From Malacoraja senta (lineage: Eukaryota), in assembly GCA_038087875.1 (NCBI GenBank), contig CM075988.1, positions 23,314,001-23,378,000 of the forward strand: a DNA stretch of 64,000 nt, in the 5' to 3' direction. The position numbers were made by a program, and so were the translations under genes. The stretch's first letter is position 1, and every line of letters begins with the position of its first letter. Shown here piece by piece: positions 11,476 to 25,599 of the stretch. The notes beneath the pieces are model-generated. The model was not told the origin of the DNA. It ran no database searches and worked only from the letters and a program-made list of their open reading frames with translations.

Positions 11476-12979
11476 AGAGATTTTGGCCCAATCTGCTTAA
11501 ATTTACAGGTAGTGCAGGACTCCTGTAGTTCCAGAATCAGACGATAAAGGATTGTAGCTCAGAGAATTACCACCACAGTGTGGTAGTTAATTGGGTTTCA
11601 TAATAGAGCAGTAATAAAGGAATGGAAGAAGTAAGAGGTAACAATTTCAAAAATATAAAGTGCTTAACATACAATTTATAAACAAGGGGATGTGTGCAAG
11701 TATTTAAAGTGTAAGGGCAGGGTGCACAGCTGTGGTTAACTGATTTCCCTCTTCTGTGTGAATGCTGCCACTATTTTGCAAGCTTGGCTGTAAACTTTAT
11801 ATTGCCAGTTATGAAAATCTTTTTAAAAAGGCTTGGAACAATCTGCTATACCAAGTCAAGTCTTGTGCTACCATATAATCTGCTAAATTGGAAATATTTG
11901 GGATATACTGGCAGTCTGAAGAAGTGTTCTGACCTGAAACGTCATCTATTCCTTTTCTCCAGAGATGCTGCCTGACCCGCTGAGTTGCTCCAGCATTTTG
12001 TGATGATCTTTGGTGTAAACCAGCATCTGCTGTTCCTTTCTACACATTCGGGGAATATTTGTGTTGAGTTAAATCCTAGCACCACATTTTCTGCCCAAGC
12101 TTCATTTGAGGAGACCGCGCCGACCAGCGATCCCCGCGCACATTAACACTATCCTACACACAACTAAGGACAATTTATTTTTACACATACACCAAGCCAA
12201 TTAACCTACATAACTGTACATCTTTGGAGTGTGGGAGGAAACCGAAGAACTCGGAGAAAACCCACACGGTCATGGGGAGAACGTACAAACTCCGTACAGA
12301 CAGCACCCGTAGTCAGGACCGAACCCGGTTCTCCGGCGCAGTAAGGGAGCAACTCTACCGCTGCGCCACCGTGCCGCCCTCTTTTTTAATTTTGTAAATT
12401 ATATTTAATTCATCAATCTTTGAATCGGAGCCTATTCAAAAGCCACTTTGAATCATTGTTAATGTGCTGATTTTTGCTCAGTAAATATGGCACCTTAGAC
12501 GACAAACACTGATGCATTTCTTGTTCAGTGACTGAGGTGAATTTTTCTATGCCCTTGTGGGGCTTCAAGGAAAAATGTATTTATGATGAGCGTTTTTTTT
12601 TTTAAACTGCATTCTTTTATAATGATCGTTTGTTTCCTCTTCTGTTATTTTTGTTCTTTCCAATCATGGAAACGACAATGAACTTTTTGTAAAAGAAGGA
12701 CCTACATACAATTGGATTGAATCGGAACCTGGGTCATCATGATGACAAACCTTATCCTGCTAATTTTGCTGTGAGTCACACAGGCTGATTGTTCTTCCGA
12801 AGGAGTTGCAGCTGTAGACCTAATTGTCCTTGTTGAAACAGTGCCACCAATGTGATCAACACTGGTCACAGAAGCCTCACAGACGGCAGGTTGGAGAACT
12901 GGTGCCCCGTCACTTTTCAGGAGCAGTTGGGAAGTTTACAGCTTGTAGCATGAAAGCCAGACATAGTAGATTAACCCCA

Positions 12980-13575
12980 AATGCTGATGCCATTATTAAG
13001 AAAGCACATCAGCGCCTCTACTTCCTGAGAAGATTACGGAGAGTCGGTTTGTCAAGGAGGACTCTCTCTAACTTCTACAGGTGCACAGTAGAGAGCATGC
13101 TGACCGGTTGCATCATGGCTTGGTTCGACAACTTGAGCGCCCTGGAGAGGAAAAGACTACAAAAAGTAGTAAACACTGCCCAGTCCATCATCGGCTCTGA
13201 CCTCCCTTCCATCGAGGGGATCTATCACAGTCGCTGCCTCAAAAAGGCTGGCAGTATCATCAAGGACCCACACCATCCTGGCCACACACTCATCTCCCTA
13301 CTACCTTCAGATAGAAGGTACAGGAGCCTAAAGACTGCAACGACCAGGTTCAGGAATAGCTACTTCCCCATAGCCATCAGGCTATTAAACCTGGCTCGGA
13401 CAAAACACTGAACTTTATTAGCCAATTAACTGTTATTTGCACTTGATCAGTATATTGATTCATGTGTGTATATATTTATAGAATGCCTTGTAGTCAATGC
13501 CTACTATGTTCTGAAGCAAAGCAAGAATTTCATTGTCCTATCAGGGACACATGACAATAAACTCACTTGACTTGA
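12980..13575 (+). mobile_element. Rex1/Babar-type LINE 3' fragment
   Basis: KKAHQRLYFLRRL...FYRCTVESMLT...LLPSDRRYRSL...RFRNSYFPIAIRLLN; 3' tail ATGACAATAAACTCACTTGACTTGA. Confidence 0.9.
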
Positions 13576-14062
13576 AATTGGCAGAACAGGTGGATAAAAT
13601 GTTAAAGAAGGCATGTGGCATAACCATAATACATAGGAGCAAAATTAGGCCATTCTGCCCATCGAGTCTGCTCTGCCGTTCAATCATGGTTGATCTATTT
13701 TTCCCTCTCAACCCCATTCTCTTGCTTTCTCGTAACCTTTGACACACTTACCAATCAAGGACCTGCTTGTCCAATCTCCACGTTACAATGGATTCCACAG
13801 ATTCACCACCCTCTGGTTAAAGAAATTCCTCCTCAGCTTCATTCTAATGGTATGTCCCTTTATTCTGAGGCTATGCCCTCTGGTCCTCGACTCTCCCACT
13901 ACTGGAAACATCCTCTCCACTTCCTCCCTTTAATTGGCTGTGACATAGAATATGAGTTGGGAAGGCACGTTGCAACTTTATCAAACATTAGTTAGGCCAC
14001 ACTTGGAAAACTGCGCCGTTCTGGTCAAGATGTTGTACAAAGGATGTAATTCCACTGGACAG

Positions 14063-14216
14063 GTGACGCCTGTTTGGTGGTGAGTAGTCGCCCAAAGAGT
14101 CTAACCTTTTTCTGGTCGCCGCTGGATTTTCAACGTTGAAAATTATTGGCAACCTGCTGCGACTATGACGGGTGCCGGCAAGTCGTCGAACAAATCGCGT
14201 AAGTGGGACAGGCCCT
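14063..14216. mobile_element. Truncated Harbinger-like MITE, right end only
   Basis: Ends AAGTGGGACAGGCCCT|TAA; shares GTCGCCGCTGGATTTT with the other copies. Confidence 0.65.
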
Positions 14217-14894
14217 TAAGGATGCACATACTGCAAGTTATCAGGTATTGGTGACCATTTGATCAGTTGCGTACTTTGGAGTGCCTGGTTTTCCCTTGGC
14301 TGTAGTTTGACCCACAGTCACATCTAGGAACATGCACTCTTATTGTAGTTGAATATACTCAGCAAACCACAGAAAATGCCCTTTGAAGATGACTGCGTGA
14401 GTATGTATTGGTCAAATTTTATTGGAACATGCTGCATGCAGGAGGCTTTCTGTACTGTGGATGATGCACTATAGAAGTTCTGGAGAACACTGGATACAAT
14501 TTATGAACCATTAATGCAGACTTCTTTAACTATACTAATTCTATGTATTCAATCAGGTACTATTGGCTTTGGAAGAAAACAACATGATTCAAATACGAAT
14601 CTGAACGTTCACCAACTAGTCTCAACACAATTGGTGAACTTAAATTATGAAGAAAAGTAATTGGAGATCATTCTTACTGGAAAGGAGGAGGGTTAATTAG
14701 AGTTTTAATATTAAAGCTGGAAAAGGTGATGCAAAAATTTTAACGACCAGTGAAAAGTTTTGCACAGCAGGAGATGCTTTTAAAAATTAAGAGATTGAGA
14801 AGGAAAATCAATCCAAACAATTACTGACATTTTATATAGTTTACTTGACTAAATTGCTTAATTGACCGCTACTACTGTCGGGCAGGGAAAAAAA

Positions 14895-15752
14895 AGGTTC
14901 AAATTTATTTGTCACATGCACCATAAGGTGCAGTGAAATGAGTTTACCATGCAGCGTTACAATTAAAAAAGGGCATAATACACAACATAATTCAACACTG
15001 ACATCCACCACAGCATTCTTCACTTTGGTGGAAGGCAATACAGTTCAGATAGTCCTCCTCCTCCTCCTCCTCCCTTGTTCACCCACGGTCGGGGCCCTGA
15101 CCCTCCGTAGTCGCTGCTACGGACGGCCCAATGTTCAAACCCTCTGGTCGGGAGGGTCGGAACGCCGACGGCAGGACAGGTCGAGCACACCCCGCGGCCC
15201 GGAGCTCCCAAATCAGCGGCCACCTTACCAGAGACCGCGGCTTCAAGATGTTGTAGGCCGCAGGCCGGCGGTCGGAGCTCTTCTCCGGCGACCCCCAGCG
15301 AGGGATTGCCCGCTCCACGATGGATAGTCTGCTCCACGCCTGCCGCCAGAAGCTCCACAGACCGAGGCTCCAAGATGTTGTAGGCCGCAGGCCAGCGGTC
15401 AGAGTGCTTCTCCGGCGACCCCCAGCAAGGGGTTGCCCCGCTCCGCGATGTTAAAGTCCCCGCTGCGCCGCCGCTGGTGCTCTGGGCCCAACTCCAGGAA
15501 AGGCAGCACCAAACCAGCTGTAAGGGGGCAAAGAAGCGACAAGGAAGGGGGCAAAGAAGCGACAAGGAAGAAAGCCGCATCTCCGTCAAGGTAGGTGCTT
15601 GAAAAACGGTTTCCCCGATCCCCCCCACCCCCCACACAAGACATACAGAGAAACACTAAAACATACTTTTGGACATACTTAAAAAAAAAAAAAAAAAAGT
15701 CGAAACAACGAACCCACTGCAGGCGAGGCAGCCGACTCGCAGCGCCACCAGA
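14895..15752 (-). mobile_element. Non-autonomous CpG-rich retroposon with Rex1-like 3' tail and internal tandem duplications
   Basis: Tail GTGACAAATAAATTTGAACC on minus; ~127-bp internal duplication (15243-15320 and 15371-15445); related to 31765-32395. Confidence 0.6.
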
Positions 15753-18700
15753 ACCGGAGGTACAGAAGCCTGAAGTCCACACCACCACATTCAGTCATGT
15801 TCAAGTCTGAAGAAGGGTCTCGACCCGAAACGTCACCCATTCCTTCTCTCCAGAGATGCTGCCTGTCCCGCTGAGTTACTCCAACATTGTGTGTCCACCA
15901 CCAGATTCAGGAATAGCCACAACCATCAAGTTCTGGAACTGGCCTACACAACCCTAACCCTAACTCATCAACCAACCACTATGGACGTCTCTTGCTTATC
16001 ATGTACTTTTTTACCAATTGTGTTTTGAACTAATGCTTGTTTTTTTGCACAGTCTGGATTTCACTGTAATCACTTGACACCAGACCCAGTTGGATATTGG
16101 ACCAGATACAAGGCTGCCGTGTCGGGTTTGCTCTCAGTATGGAGTCAAGGAGCCCTGTAATACTGAAATCAACATGAACCAAGGGGATATCACTCCACTG
16201 GGTGGTGTATTACGCCGCAAAAGAATGGTTGCGATGCTTGGAGGTCCATCATCTCAGCCCAAAACAATTCAGCAGAGCTTCTCAAGGCTGTATCCCAAAC
16301 CTAACTACCCCAATGACCTATATTCCATTATAAATGATGATCTCTGAAAGCTCCACTCCATTTGCCTTGTTGTAATATGAAGTAGCCCATGCCTGCATGT
16401 AACAAGACCCAGACTCCATTCAAGCACATGCTGTAGAACTACAGAAGTTCATCTTCTCCAGAATGAGCAGGAATTAATCTTGTTGGCAATGTCCTCATCG
16501 CGTAAGTGCATTAAACAAGGACAGCTTTAGGCTATCTCAGAAACAGCAAGGTTAAAGTTAAAATGAAATTTGAAATCAACAGGAACATGAAAGCTGATTC
16601 ACCAATCTTGCTTTGCCATACCCCCATACTAAAGATGATTCCCAACCTTAGCCCGTCCCTACTTACAAACTGTGAGCAAAGGTTCAACATTTGCAGCTTA
16701 GCCATCAGATATAAAATATTTCCAACCATCAAAATGGCTGACCTTACGCTGGACATCCGGCAGTAATGAAAGCTGGCTCTTATAGACTGGCAAATATTAT
16801 AGAATGCATTATGTGTTTTAAGATACTTAGAGAATGCTTCTGGCCTGCCGCCAAGAAAGCTGTTACTGGCCATCCAAACATTCAACTTTTAGAAAGGTTC
16901 TCTTGCCAAGTCTATGGCCGTGACTCAGAAAACAATTTTGTTCTCTAAGGCTCATGGTTAAAATGCATTAAGTGTATTAAAGGTATTAAAAAACAGCTTT
17001 CACTCATGACAAGAAAGCCCTTTTCAGACCAGGGGTGGGTCATGAATGAGGAGATTTATCTACATTTGAGAGAACAGATATCAGGCGATGGTTGAAAGAC
17101 TCAATCAGTAGGCAGTGCAGGGAAGGGCCGGGAGTGGAGACTGGAGATACAGTACTGGGTAAAAAGCCAAGTGCTCAAAGCCTTAGCCAAGTGATGCTGC
17201 TCAGAATGGTGTCACCTTCAGATAGCCATGTGGTTTATCAGAATGATGGGGGGTGGGGGAGGGAAGATGAAGGAAGGAAACCGGTATTTACCGTGCATGA
17301 ATGCAGGTGGGAGGAAGGATTGAGAAACAGGAATCACCCCCAAGATTCAGAAAAGATCATGTCAATGATTGACTAAGAACTAGTGGCAATGGTGAAGTAA
17401 GTCGCAGTGAGCATGGGAGAGGGAGGGAGATTATTTTGAAAATGAGGCCTCAAGGAGTGGAGTTGGGCCTTGTGTTATATTGTGGGGTTGCCAAAAGGAT
17501 AAGAGGTCAGTAGGGGAATTACAGTAGTGGCTGCAAACTTAGTGATGAGCTGAGACAATTTAGTTGTTCGGTAGATGACCAAAGTGTTTGGCATATTGTG
17601 CAAGGACAATAAATTTGCACTCTATCTCTATCCGAAATAGACCTTTACCTGACAAAACCCGTTGGAGACTGGTGTGCCCAAGGCAGGCTGAGCCGCATTG
17701 GATGCATTCTGGACACTCAGGTTGAGGTTTAGAGATGCCACGTAGAATCAGGCCCTTCAGCCCACTCTGACCAGCAATCACCCATACACTAGTTCTATCC
17801 CACACACGAGGGGCAATTTACTGAAGCCAATTTACTGACAAACCTGCACATCTTTGGAATGTAGGAGGAAACTGGAGCATTCGGTGAAGACCCATGCAGT
17901 CACTGGGAAAACATCCAAACTCCACACGCATAGCACTCACAGTCAGGATCGAACCCAGGTCTCTGGCACTGTAAGGCATCAACTCTACCACTGCGCCACA
18001 GTGCCGACCTGCAACGCCACTGTGCCGGTCTGTTTAGCAAAGTAATTAATTCCAGTGAACATACAACATTCCTGTCTTGAAGTCATTTTGAAAGGAAGTA
18101 TCTGCCATTGCCCTGTGATCCCCCGCCACCTCGGTTCCCCTCTCCTTCTTCTGACCCTATTTACTGAGGGCCATTGAAAAACAACTAATGGCCCTAACTT
18201 GCATCCATCGCAGGCTCAAATTGTCTGCCTAACTCCGTCGTAACAAGGGGAATTATCTGAGGCTATTCAAACCACTCAGAATTCCTTGGTCCAAATCTGT
18301 GCATTGCCACTTTTTTCCTCTGAATTACTCCCAAGAAATAAATGCAATTGGATCTCAATGCACAATACATTTGGCCTTTGGAAACTTAAGATCGTTGAAA
18401 CAATCCAACATTAGCAAAACGGTGGAGAATTCTTATTGAAACTAAGCTACAGTATATGCAAGGGCAGTCATTTATTTTGGGGTTTCTACCAAATGATAGA
18501 TGACATTTCTGAAGAAGATAGATAAAATCTAATTCTACTGTGTATGTGCACAGGTCCCACTATCCTTACAGCTATTGAGAGAGATCCAACGAAATTCCCA
18601 GCATAAGATTTTCAACGGAGTAAGGTTAATAGAAAAACAATGATGCAATAAGTAGTAAAATAGCAATGACTTGACAATAATTTGCTGTTCTGCAGCAGAG

Positions 18701-21700
18701 ATTTTAGGAAAGTAATTTCTAGTAACTCTGCTATTTCTAATAAAATAACATTAATTTTTAAAACAATATCTTTATCTGAAGAGATGTAAATATAACTAAC
18801 AATGTTACCTCCCCAAGGATAATTGCTACGGTTAATTCACTAATAGGTGAATTAACTGCAGTTTATCTGTCAGTTAACCCTATAGTCAACCCTTATAGTA
18901 GACAAAAGTGCTGGAGAAACTCAGCGGGTGCAGCAGCATCTATGGAGCGAAGGAAATAGGCAACGTTTCGGGCAGAAACCCTTCTTCAGACTGATCAGCG
19001 AAGGAAACGGGCAACGTTTCGGGCCAAAACCCTTCTTCAGACTGTATTTTGTCTACCTTTGATTTTCCAGCATCTGCAATTCCTTCTTAAACACAAATCT
19101 TTCATCAGAATTAGCCTTAAAATTACCTTTACTGTAAAGGTAAAAGGAAACGCTACCATCTATTTTACTTCTTATCAGTGTAATTCCATAAGATACCTCT
19201 GATAAAGTCAGAAAATCTGTAAATGAAAAATGTTACAGATCAAAAACAGAAGCAGCAACTGCTGAAAAAAATTCAGGTACCAGCTGCGAAGATGCAGATA
19301 AGTTGACATTTCAGTGTAGGTCCATCATCAGAACTGTGTTTGTCCTGACCTTGTTTTCATTGTTAATCACAGTCAAACTAGAAATGTTAAATTAACATCA
19401 GGAGGCATTGGTTAAAAATGAAGCCATATTATGTTTAGAGTAGCATGGTTGAAAAGGAACAAATAATAAAAAATATAATCGGAATGTGGCGATTAAAGTA
19501 CACCAACCTTGGATAAGAGGAAGGGAAGACTGAGGGAGATAAAGAATGTCTTACAAAAGCTGTGGAAGGATGTGTGTGCATTTGCCAGACATAGATAAGG
19601 TAGACTGTCAGAACCTTTATCCCAGGATGGAAGTGTCAAAGACCAGAAGGCATAGCTTTCAGGTGGGATGGGCAAAGTTTAAAGGAGATGCGCAGGGCAT
19701 GTTTTTTTTACACAGAGGGGTAGGCGCCTGGAACGTACTTGCTGGGGGTAGAGGTGGAGTCAGGCATGATAGTGGCATTTAATTAGGCACATGGATATGC
19801 AGGGAATGGAGGGATGGGCGATGGCAGGTACAGGAGATAATTTTAACTTGGCATCATGTTTGGCCTGTGTTGTACTATTCTATACGTCTTGATTGCAGCT
19901 CAACAGCCCTAACAAAACTGAAAATCATCCAGGGGCAAAGCAATCTACTTTATTGGCACCCAAGGGTGTATGATGCCTGCAACGTGTAACATATCTGCCA
20001 GAATCTCCCAATCCCCCAATCTCTACTACGAAGCAGGACAAGGGATACAGCAAGTGTTAACACCATCACCTATAGTTTCAGATCCAAGTCAAGCGATGTC
20101 CTGAATTGGAAAAATGTTGTAAGTTCGTCATTGATGCTGATTCCAAATCTTAGAATTCCCTACCCAACATTACTGGGGGATTACTTTCACCAGAAGGTCT
20201 GCAACTGTCCAAAGGATGGTTCATCGCTTTCTCGAGGGTAATTAGAGATGGGAATAAACACTTGACTTGCCAATGATGTCCAGATGCTGAAAAAATGAAT
20301 AAATACAAAGTACAGTGGAGGGTAAACAAAACCAAAGGGTCTGTTTCTTCAGATATTATTCATACATTTGTAAATCATAGGAGCAGAATTAGGCCATTCA
20401 GCCCATTGAGTCTACTCCGCCATTCAATCATGGCTGATCTATCTTTCCCTCTTAACTCCATTCTCCTGCCTTCTCTCTGTAACCTTTGACACCCTTACTA
20501 ATCAAGAACCTGTCAATCTCCACTTTAAAAATTCCCAACGACTTGGCAATGAATTCCACAGATTCACCACCCTCTAAAGAAATTCCTCCTCATCCCCTTT
20601 CTAAAGGTACAAGCTTTTATTCTGAGGCTATGCCCTCTGGTCCTAGGCTCTCCCACTAGTAGAAACATCCTCTCCACATTCAGAACCAGGGGCCACAGTT
20701 TAAAAATAATGGGTAAGCCATTTGGAACGGAGACGAGGAAACACTTATTCAAAGAGTGAGTTGTGAGTCTGTGGAATTGTTTGCCTCAGAGAGCAGTGGA
20801 GGCCGGTTCTCTGGATACTTTCAAGAGAGAGCTAGATAGGGCTCTTAAAGATAGCGGAATCAGGGTATATGGGGAGAAGGCAGGAACGGGGTACTGATTG
20901 GGGATGATCAGCCATGATCACATTGAATGGCTTGAATGGCCTACTCCTGCATCTATTATCTATTATCCATTGTCAGAGTATGCAGGCCTTTCACTACATA
21001 GTCTCCCAACTCCAACTGTCTGGGCCTCCCAAATCTAGCTGCCTACCTAGTCATACTGCTATTCTTCACAGTTCTAATATATTTATGACCAGTAAATGAG
21101 TGGAAATATCAAAGACTAGAGGGCATAGTTTTAAGTTGCAAGGGGAAAAGTTTAAAGGGGTTGTGCAGGGCAAGTTTCTCTTACACAAAGGGTTGTGGGG
21201 GCCTAGAACGTGCTGCCAGGGGTGACGTTGGAGGCAGATATGAGAGTGGCATTTAAGAGGCACATTGACATGCAGGGAATGGGGGAATGTGGATCATGTG
21301 CAGGCAGATGAAATTAGTTTATTTTAGCATCATGATTGGCACAGAAATTGTGGGCCGAAGGGCCTGTACTGTTCTTATGTTTGATGAAAGTGTTAAAGAA
21401 AACAGTAAAGCCGCAATTTTGCTTTAATCCAGATACATTTTATTAATGTTGTTGCTTTCAGCGGGGTCCGATAATAAATCAGGGTGGTCAGTAACACGAG
21501 GACATACAAAATTGACCGATTTCAGAGGGTCTTAGTCCGTTTGTTTATTAATGTAAATCTGCTTGCTACCTATTTAAATCCACGTCATTCCCAACAATAT
21601 TATTCATTGTTGATTCTGTGCTCCATAAAATACCTGCTTGCAGTGCCAGTGTGAGCTACTAGTTTGTACCCCTATTAGGAAATGATTTTTGATTGAATCA

Positions 21701-22758
21701 TTTCTGCTCTGCCTTCAGGAAAAGCTAAGGGAAAAATTCTCTTAAAAAGGAAATGTTGCAGTTTTAGGGATTTTATATTTTGTTTTTCTAAAAATTAACA
21801 CAAAAAAAAATGCAGCGCTCATTTATGATCACACAAGCATTCCTTAACAACAGAATGGAGTGCATATCGGTAAAGGGTGGATTCTTAATAACACAGTTAT
21901 TGAAAGTTTAGTTCTTGACTGCATCCGACTACTCCATTATCAATGATCTCCTCAGCAAAATGTCAAGTTTTCCTCTTGAGGTTTAGTTGGAACAGGCAAG
22001 TACTGTATTTCCCACTAGTCACAGGAGCTTCTTTAACCAGAACAATGCTCTCAGCTGTTAGGCCATGACTGCAATGATGTAAAACAAGTCTAAAGAGATG
22101 CTTACATCCTTACATCCATTTTTAGTTGTTTTATAAAATATAGTTTAATGACCTACAGTTGATGCAGATTCTCACATAAATATTTTTACTTTCAACTCTT
22201 CTTTGGGTTATACCCACTATTTGTCACGCTTTTAGCATTTCAGCCTGCTGACAGGGCCTGTTCTTGATAGCAGTTCTCCATTGGTTTATTGATATGTTAA
22301 AACTCTCCAAATCTCCAATTTCTGACCTGCAGTCTGGATCAGAAACGTCACCCATTCCTTCTCTCCTGTCCCGCTGAGTTACTCCAGCACTTTCTTTCTA
22401 TCACCAATTTCCCAAGCTTTGGGACATTATTCGCCCACAACCCTGTTTGCATCCTTGGAGTTTTGCACTGATGTGAACCATTTGTGTCCATTTACCTGTA
22501 TGCTGTATCAATGGGTCTTCTCCTCAATCAGATGAACCTACTGTTTACAGTAATGTAGTATTCAGCAATGCACTATTTGTTCCACTTTGTCATAGATTTT
22601 GCACCTTCATCTGATGGAGAAGTATGTAATTAGTTCAGTTTAGTTTAGTATAGTTTAGTTTAGAGATACAGCGCGGAAACAGACCCTGCGGCCCACTGAG
22701 TCCACGCCAACCATCTGGCTGACAATTGCAAGAATTAGCTTTCACCAGCAGCCTCTTA

Positions 22759-22996
22759 AGGGCCTGTCCCACTTGGGTGTCATTTGCGCATCATGCAGGT
22801 GGCGCGCGAAGATTTTGTGAATCCCAAAATCCTGGGGCACCGCGTGCGCCCGTGCGTCACTGCCTACGCCACCACGCCTCACCACATTCCATGTGCATGT
22901 AATGCACGCCATGCGCGCATCACGTGCGCGTCACGACGCATGCGTCGTGACGCATAAATGATGTCGCGCAAATGACGCCCAAGTGGGACAGGCCCT
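22759..22996. mobile_element. Harbinger-like MITE with CpG-rich palindromic interior
   Basis: AGGGCCTGTCCCACTTGGG...CCCAAGTGGGACAGGCCCT flanked by TTA/TAA. Confidence 0.8.
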
Positions 22997-24324
22997 TAAG
23001 ACAGTAAGATCATCGCAGAGCACTGAGTGGAATGTACTTTTCATGTTTCATTTGGTTCATTCTTACCACAGCAACATGGAATTAACTTCATTCTTCTATC
23101 TCTCTCTTTGTTTATCTTGTCACATACCAATTATCTCATTCTCTCTCAATGCATTGGGTTCACCTGCTTCTTTTCCAAGTCATTAAACTCAGTGCAACTA
23201 AGTAAAGTAATAGTACATAAAATTTGTTTGGTTTATTGTTTCTATAAAAGGCCATCATTCCTTTTAGCCTGAACTTCAATCTCCAAGTTAATTGTAGATT
23301 TAAAACATCGCAGTTTACCGACCACTTTCACTGTTGGCACAATACAGAGAAAAACTACAAGCACATGCAGCCCTGTTCTGTTTCACTGTGTTGCTAGCTG
23401 GAGAGGGAATTTTTGTCGATTGAAAACCCATGGGGAAAAATGCACATTTCCCCTCTCCCGGTAATATGTAAATCTGATTGGCATGTCGTTTCTTCTTCAT
23501 TCTTGCAAAACAGATAAAGCTGTAGAATTCGTAAGAAATATTTGCCCTGACGTCTTGCATTCCAAGGAAGTCAGCCCCGGTTTGGTAGGTAGACTGTTTT
23601 ACTTCCATATATAGTGAAACTAATCATTCCTCTCCTTGTGCCAAAGTAAACCTCTCCTAAACATCAATAGGGCTGTCTAATTCTCCCTGGAAACTGTATA
23701 AAATCTGCAAGTTCTCCCTGCAGAAATATACAAATGTGAGCTCAGAATAGCATATCTTCCCAATGTAGAATATTTGGGTGGAGATGGGCACTCTTAAAGG
23801 GACCACGTTACATTTTTTACTTTTTTTACAAGACTTTACTTTAGACTTTGGAGATATAGCGTGGAAACTGGCCTTTCAGCCCACCGACTCCACGCTTCCC
23901 CGAACACTAACACTATCCCACATACTTGGGACAATTTACAATTTACAGATGCCACAATTAACCTACAAACCTGTACGTCTTTGGTGCCTGAGGAAACCGG
24001 AGCGCCCAGAGCTAACCCACGCAGTCACAGGTAGAACGTGCAAAGTCCGTATAGACAACACCTGTAGCCAGGATCAAACCCCGATGTCTACCACTGTGCC
24101 ATCTTGTGTACCACTTGTCCTGGGTCTACGTAGGTTGTACACATTTTTAATGTTAAATCAGCTCTTTAATTTTAAATTCCCTTTTATTACCCTCTCAGCA
24201 GCATCTCTCTAGAATGTGTAGGAAAGAACTGCAGATGCTGGTTCAAATCTGTCTGAAGAAGGGTCTCGACCTGAAACGTCACCCATTCCTTCTTTCCAGA
24301 GATGCTGCCTGTCCCGTTGAGTTA

Positions 24325-24711
24325 AGCCCCTGTCCCACTTAGGAGACCTAAACAGCAACCTCTGGTGACCTTGCCCGCCACCCAAGGTTTCCATGAGGTC
24401 ACCGGAGGTTTTGGTCACTCTCCCTAATGGTCGAAAGTGGTTTCCGCGTGGTCGAGGCTTCATCTAGGTTGCTGCTATTTTTTCATCGTGTTTAAAACCG
24501 GCCTCGACTAAAAATAGGTTGCCGTTTTAATAATCTATCATTTTTTTGTCGCAGGTCTAGTCGAAGCTGGTTTTCTTCATAGTTGAGGAAGGTTTTCAAC
24601 ATATGCCTGGGAGGTGGTAGGTTGCAGGTCACCTCGACCTTGATTTTTTTTTGGGTGGCGGGCAAGGTCACCAGAGGTTGCTGTTTAGGTCTCCTAAGTG
24701 GGACAGGGGCT
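24325..24711. mobile_element. PIF/Harbinger-like MITE (387 bp) inserted in a Penelope repeat
   Basis: ~60-bp TIR AGCCCCTGTCCCACTTAGGAGACC...; TTA TSD; the empty site GAGTTACTCCAG matches other copies of the host repeat. Confidence 0.85.
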
Positions 24712-25599
24712 TTACTCCAGCATTTTGTGTCTACCAGCATCTGTTTAGACATTCTTTTAGATTTTAGAGATACAGTGCGGAAACAGGTCCTTCAGCCCAC
24801 CGAGACCGCGCCGACCAGCAATCTCCCCATACACTACCACTGCCCTACACATTAGGGATCATTTACAATTTTACCGAAGCCAATTAACCTACAAACCTGT
24901 ACGTCTTTGAATGTGGGAGGAAACCGGAGTGTCCGGATAAAACCCACGCGGTCACAGGGGGAACATACAGACAGCATCCATAGTCAGGATTGGACCCAGG
25001 TTTCTGGTGTTGTAAGGCAGCAACTCTACCGGTGCGCCACTGCCTGTAAAGTTGTGAATTGTTTCAGATTTCATGAGAAAGTGGCACGTGTGAATGGACC
25101 CTTATGGTTTCTCTCAAATTCTGAGCCTTGATGGCATGGATGGGGCGCATTTGCCATCCAGGAAAAGAGTAGATTAAACCATATAACAGCCGTTTATGCA
25201 CAAAATAAAAGATTGTATTTCCTGAAGATTGTACAAGTGTTGTGAGCAGATGTCAGGAAATAAGGTTTAAGCAATCATAAGTGTCAGGATTTACAGTCCA
25301 AATTTAGCAACAGTCGGTGATTGTGTTAAATAATAATAAAGGTGGATTTCCCGTTCATCTGCTTTGACTGTGGCGGAAGAGCCGCAGATTAAAGGAGACT
25401 GTGAAAGATCAGGATGGTGTGTCGAGAACTCAAAATATGTGTGTGCGGAAACAGATTTTCAACACCATGTTACCACATCAGTGATTAAAGAGCAGCTCAC
25501 GCCTTTGGAGCATTCCATGCCTTTTAATTCATCATCTGAAACATATGAAGATAGAGTTTCATGAATCACTACCTAATTTCCTGATTAGTAACCCCATCC

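Noticed and set aside
12739..12776. Hydrophobic MMTNLILLIL followed by GTGAGT as MCAM exon 1
   Set aside because: Donor is phase 2, incompatible with exon 2; too short
12824..13411. 195-aa ORF as a host gene
   Set aside because: C-terminal part of a Rex1-type ORF with its 3' tail attached
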